This document shows, piece after piece, positions 60,318 to 64,000 of a DNA stretch of 64,000 nucleotides; positions within the stretch are counted from its first letter, which is position 1, and each line of letters begins with the position of its first letter. The stretch comes from Deltaproteobacteria bacterium (GTDB lineage Bacteria > Myxococcota > Kuafuiibacteriia > Kuafuiibacteriales > Kuafuiibacteriaceae). Below the pieces are notes generated by a model. The model made no database searches. It was given only the letters and a program-made list of their open reading frames with translations, and had not been told where the DNA came from. The stretch is taken from positions 256,001 through 320,000 of the forward strand of contig JAVJQW010000023.1 in NCBI GenBank assembly GCA_040218735.1. The letters run 5' to 3'. The position numbers were made by a program, and so were the translations under genes.

Positions 60318-61952
60318 TCAACTCGACTGCGCCACGCGTGCGTCGTTCTCGTACTTGTCGTCCCCCTCGGGACGCACGACCTCGCTCAAGTCGTACAGGA
60401 TCAGCACCATGCCGTAGCCCTCGACCGTCTCGACGCGACGCGCGCCGTGTCGGTCCAGGTAACGCGTCATGAATGCGAACAGCGACTCCTCGCTGCGCCC
60501 CACGACCTTGGGGTCCTTGGTCCCCTGGTACGTCGAGAGGACGAACCACACGCGCTCGCGCCCGAATACATCGTCCACGACGCGCGGCAGGTTCACGAAC
60601 CGGCCGTCGGGGTCGAGGCGCCGCGGCTCGTAGCGCCCGAGGTAGTCCATCGGGAGCCGGTACTTCGGACCGTAGTGGTCGTAGACCGTCCCGAGCCCCG
60701 CGCCGGACAGGAACACGAGGTCCCCCGGCTGCTTGCGCTCCGACAACTCGCGCGCGAGGTCTTCGAAGTCCGGCGCGGCGGCCGGTGCGTAGGTGAACTC
60801 GAACGTCTGCGGCATCACGGGGACGGTGACCGTGGCGACACAGACGACCGCGACCGCCCCGACGAGCCAGGAGCGACGCTCCGCGATCACCGCGATCCCG
60901 ACGCCCATGAGGATGCCCATCGAGGGCACCGCGAACATCAGGAGCCGTTCGATCGCGGGGTACTTCCGGAGCATCGACGCCGCCAACGCGAGGAGCGCCG
61001 GCCCCGCGACGAGCATCAGCAGCTTGTACTGCTTGCGAACGATCGCGGCGAAGATGCCGGCCCCCCCGATCGCACCCGCGAGGTACTTGTGCGCGAGGCC
61101 CCCCGGGTTGCTGTACGAGTAGAAGTAACGGCCGACGTACCAGCGTAGATCCGAGAGATCGCGCGGCGGGAACGGCGCGAAGCCCGGGTCCCAGTAGGTC
61201 GAGGCCCCCTTCGACGAAGCGACCGTGCTCTGCACGATCACCATCTGGTAGTGCACGGCGAACGCGGCGACCCACGTGATGCCGAGCGCCGCGACGAGGC
61301 CCATGCGACGGACGTCGCGACCCGACGACCACGCGTCCATCATCAACGCCGCACCGCAGGCCCCCAAGACGAACAGCGACGGCAACGACACCCACCCCGC
61401 CACGACGCCCGCGACCCCGATCACCCACCAACGCGCGCGCTCGTGCGGTTGGTCGAGCACCCGAACCGTCAGGAACATGCTGACGCCCGCGACCGCGGCG
61501 TCGATCGCGTACGGCTTCACCTCGGCGCCGTAGTACGTGAGCAGCGACGAGCTCCCGATGAAGAACATCGCCGACAACGCGGCGATCGGCCCGGCGAAGC
61601 GGCGCGCGATCGGGTAGACGACGGCCGTCGCGACGACGCTCCCCAAGAACGGGAACAGGCGGAAGCCGAAGTCGTTCGCGCCGGCGACCAGCGTCGACAG
61701 CTTCATCCCCGCGAGCACGCCCCAGGGCGCGACCTGCCGGTAGACGAACGGCTTACCGAGCTCGAAGAACGAGCGAGGCTCGACGTTGAGCGCGAGCGCC
61801 GCCTCGTCGCCCCACAGCGAGGGGCGGTAGAGGAGCGTCCCGATCCGCGCCACGATCCCAAAGAGGAGCACGACCGCAAAAAGTGCCAATTCGACCTTTG
61901 GTCGCCGCTCGAGCCAACGCCGCGCGTCGACTGCTGTCTCCCCCCAACGCAT
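60318..61952 (-). CDS. GT-C fold (ArnT/PMT, GT39-like) membrane glycosyltransferase
   Basis: R...SLWGDE, RLFP, YYGAEVKPYA; many TM segments and C-terminal periplasmic domain; start uncertain. Confidence 0.8.
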   Translation of the reverse strand: MRWGETAVDARRWLERRPKVELALFAVVLLFGIVARIGTLLYRPSLWGDEAALALNVEPRSFFELGKPFVYRQVAPWGVLAGMKLSTLVAGANDFGFRLFPFLGSVVATAVVYPIARRFAGPIAALSAMFFIGSSSLLTYYGAEVKPYAIDAAVAGVSMFLTVRVLDQPHERARWWVIGVAGVVAGWVSLPSLFVLGACGAALMMDAWSSGRDVRRMGLVAALGITWVAAFAVHYQMVIVQSTVASSKGASTYWDPGFAPFPPRDLSDLRWYVGRYFYSYSNPGGLAHKYLAGAIGGAGIFAAIVRKQYKLLMLVAGPALLALAASMLRKYPAIERLLMFAVPSMGILMGVGIAVIAERRSWLVGAVAVVCVATVTVPVMPQTFEFTYAPAAAPDFEDLARELSERKQPGDLVFLSGAGLGTVYDHYGPKYRLPMDYLGRYEPRRLDPDGRFVNLPRVVDDVFGRERVWFVLSTYQGTKDPKVVGRSEESLFAFMTRYLDRHGARRVETVEGYGMVLILYDLSEVVRPEGDDKYENDARVAQSS

Positions 61953-62074
61953 CGATCCAACGAAATCAGGATACCGGACGTCACGATCCTACGACGTCGG
62001 AGCCGGGATTCTGACACCGGGTTTCGAGGGTGTCGATGACCCGAAGGCCAGGTTTCGGGCTAGGCTGCGGCCCC

Positions 62075-62698
62075 ATGGAGCTCGTGGCGATCGACCACCT
62101 CGACGACGACGCACGGCGTCGTCTCGCGTCCCTCCACGCCCAGGCGATGCCCACCAGCCTCCTGACGCGGCTCGGCCCCGGGATCGTCCAACGCTTCTAC
62201 GCGCGGATCCCGGACGTGCAGCATTTCGTCGCCTTCGCCGCCACGCTCGACGGCGTCGTCCAGGGCGCCGTCGTCGGCACGCCGCAGCCGAACGCCGCCT
62301 TCGACGCGGTGGCGAACCCTCTGTGGCGATTCGGCGCCCACGTCCTCCGACACCGGCCCCACATGGTCGCGCAGCTGCTCTACGCGAAGCTGCGCCCCGC
62401 CCACGACGTCGCGCGCCCCACGAACAGCGTGGAGCTCATGTACATCTTCGCGTCGCCCGAGGCGCGCGGTCGCGGGATCGGGCGAGCGCTGGTGCAGCGG
62501 TTCGTCGAGGCCAGTCGCGCGCGCGGCGCGGAGCACGTGACGCTGAGCGTGGAGGTCGACAACGCCCCTGCGATCCAGCTGTACGAGCGGATGGGGTTCA
62601 CGATCAGCGCCGCGCGACAGCGCGAGGGGCGCACGCTGTGCCACCGCATGACCTTGACGCTCGAACCCGCCGCTTCGACGATGCCCGCGACGTCGTGA
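62075..62698 (+). CDS. GNAT N-acetyltransferase
   Basis: RGRGIGRAL, LSVEVDNAPAIQLYERMGF; ATG 62075. Confidence 0.85.
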   Translation: MELVAIDHLDDDARRRLASLHAQAMPTSLLTRLGPGIVQRFYARIPDVQHFVAFAATLDGVVQGAVVGTPQPNAAFDAVANPLWRFGAHVLRHRPHMVAQLLYAKLRPAHDVARPTNSVELMYIFASPEARGRGIGRALVQRFVEASRARGAEHVTLSVEVDNAPAIQLYERMGFTISAARQREGRTLCHRMTLTLEPAASTMPATS

Positions 62699-63639
62699 AG
62701 TACGCCGCGGTCAACATCAACTTCGACTCCCTCGGCGAAGCGTACGGCTTCCCGACCGACTACCGCGACCCGTCCTTTCACGCGATCGCGGATCGGTTCT
62801 TCGCGATCGCCGACAAGTACGGCTTCAAGTACAGCATCTACATCATCGCCAAGGATCTCGAGCGCCCCGAGAACCGCGCCGCGGTGAAGCGCTGGGCCGA
62901 GATGGGCCACGAGATCGGCAACCACACCTACCACCACCGCGTGAACCTCGGCGCGCTCTCCGATACGGAGCTCGACGAAGAGATCGGCCGCGCGCACGAT
63001 CTGATCGGCGACACCACCGGCGTCGCGCCCACCGGCTTCATCGCCCCCGTCTGGGCGACTTCGCAACGCGTGCTCGAGAAGCTCATCACGCTCGGCTACC
63101 ACTACGACACGTCGGCGCACCCGTCGTGGTTGATGTACCCGTCGCTCCTGAAGATGACGGTGAACCACCTCGGCAACGAGCGGATGTGGAGCTTCCTGTC
63201 CCGCCGCGACTTCGGCTACTTCCTCGCGGGGTCACGCCACCCGTTCCTGACGAACGGCGATCTCTACGGCCGACACTACGACCCGTCACGCCCTGCGCTG
63301 ACCGTGCTGCCGCTCCCGTCGACCCCCGCGCGCATGGCGTGCTGGCACACCCTCGCGTTCATGTTCGACTGGCCGGTCTTCGAACGCATCCTGACCGCGT
63401 GCCTCGAGAGCCTCGATTGCTTCTACTACCTGGTGCACCCGGCGGACCTCGCGCAGCCCTCCGATCTGGATCCGTCGATGAAGATCCACCTCGAGCGCCT
63501 CGACGTCCCGCTCGCCACGAAGATCAGCCGGCTGGAGCGCGCCGTGGAGCACATGCTCTCCGACGGTCGGGAGATCGTGACGATGCAGCGGCTCGCGGAG
63601 CACGCCCGCGCGCAGATCGAAGCGCGCCGCGCGGCGTGA
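62695..63639 (+). CDS. Polysaccharide deacetylase family protein
   Basis: NFDS, GHEIGNHTYHH, GFIAP.W, YHYDTS, HPAD; GTG 62695 overlaps GNAT stop. Confidence 0.82.
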   Translation: MKYAAVNINFDSLGEAYGFPTDYRDPSFHAIADRFFAIADKYGFKYSIYIIAKDLERPENRAAVKRWAEMGHEIGNHTYHHRVNLGALSDTELDEEIGRAHDLIGDTTGVAPTGFIAPVWATSQRVLEKLITLGYHYDTSAHPSWLMYPSLLKMTVNHLGNERMWSFLSRRDFGYFLAGSRHPFLTNGDLYGRHYDPSRPALTVLPLPSTPARMACWHTLAFMFDWPVFERILTACLESLDCFYYLVHPADLAQPSDLDPSMKIHLERLDVPLATKISRLERAVEHMLSDGREIVTMQRLAEHARAQIEARRAA

Positions 63640-63944
63640 TGCGCTGGCTGTACCACGTGCGCGTGCGCGCGCCGGTCACCGACGACTACGTCGGCCCCAC
63701 CTTCGCGAAGGAAGGCTTCACGCACTGCTCGTACGCGGACCGGATCCTGGAGTCGGCGTCGCTCTACTTCGCGGACCACGACGACCTCGAGCTGCTGATG
63801 ATCGATCCGCGCGGGCTGGACGTCCGCGTCGCCACCACGCCGCGCGGGCCAATGCCTCATGTGTACCAACCCATCCCGGCGGCGGCGGTTCAGCGCGTGA
63901 TTCAGCTCCCGACCGACGAGACGCTCGCGGACGTTTTGTCCTGA
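63639..63944 (+). CDS. DUF952 family protein
   Basis: LYH, EGFTHCS, YF..L.LL.ID, PHVY.PIP; ATG overlaps upstream TGA. Confidence 0.78.
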   Translation: MRWLYHVRVRAPVTDDYVGPTFAKEGFTHCSYADRILESASLYFADHDDLELLMIDPRGLDVRVATTPRGPMPHVYQPIPAAAVQRVIQLPTDETLADVLS

Positions 63945-64000
63945 GCCGCCAGGCTCCGCTCCACGAACGCATCCCGCGCGGGCGGCGACGGCATCCCGGC

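Overview
High-GC bacterial DNA that looks like Myxococcota/Deltaproteobacteria (MYXO-CTERM-type tails, a GltG/AgmX-like protein, many Cys-rich and DGG/DAG-linker lipoproteins). About 49 densely packed CDSs; no rRNA, tRNA, CRISPR array or transposase was recognised. From left to right: an MltB-like transglycosylase; a cusCBA-type metal efflux operon led by a small Cys/His-rich RGPP ORF; a TetR/acyl-CoA dehydrogenase pair with a perfect 20-bp operator; assorted envelope genes; a four-helix-bundle (23S rRNA IVP/Avd-like) gene enclosed in a 55-bp inverted repeat between two convergent genes; heme-c lipoproteins (GSDH-diheme fusion, tandem cytochrome P460-like); oxyR; an M36 protease; Elp3; and a dispersed surface-glycan region. 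That glycan region is interleaved with two paralogous modules, each a CX4CH lipoprotein plus a CXXCH secreted protein, one linked to DUF3570 and the other fused to DUF4266. The best candidates for undescribed systems are the inverted-repeat-bounded four-helix-bundle cassette (20366-20955) and the duplicated DUF3570/DUF4266 heme-motif module (40909-43275 and 53166-56002). All family calls come from motif recognition by eye, not database searches. Several start codons were re-chosen relative to the ORF track.
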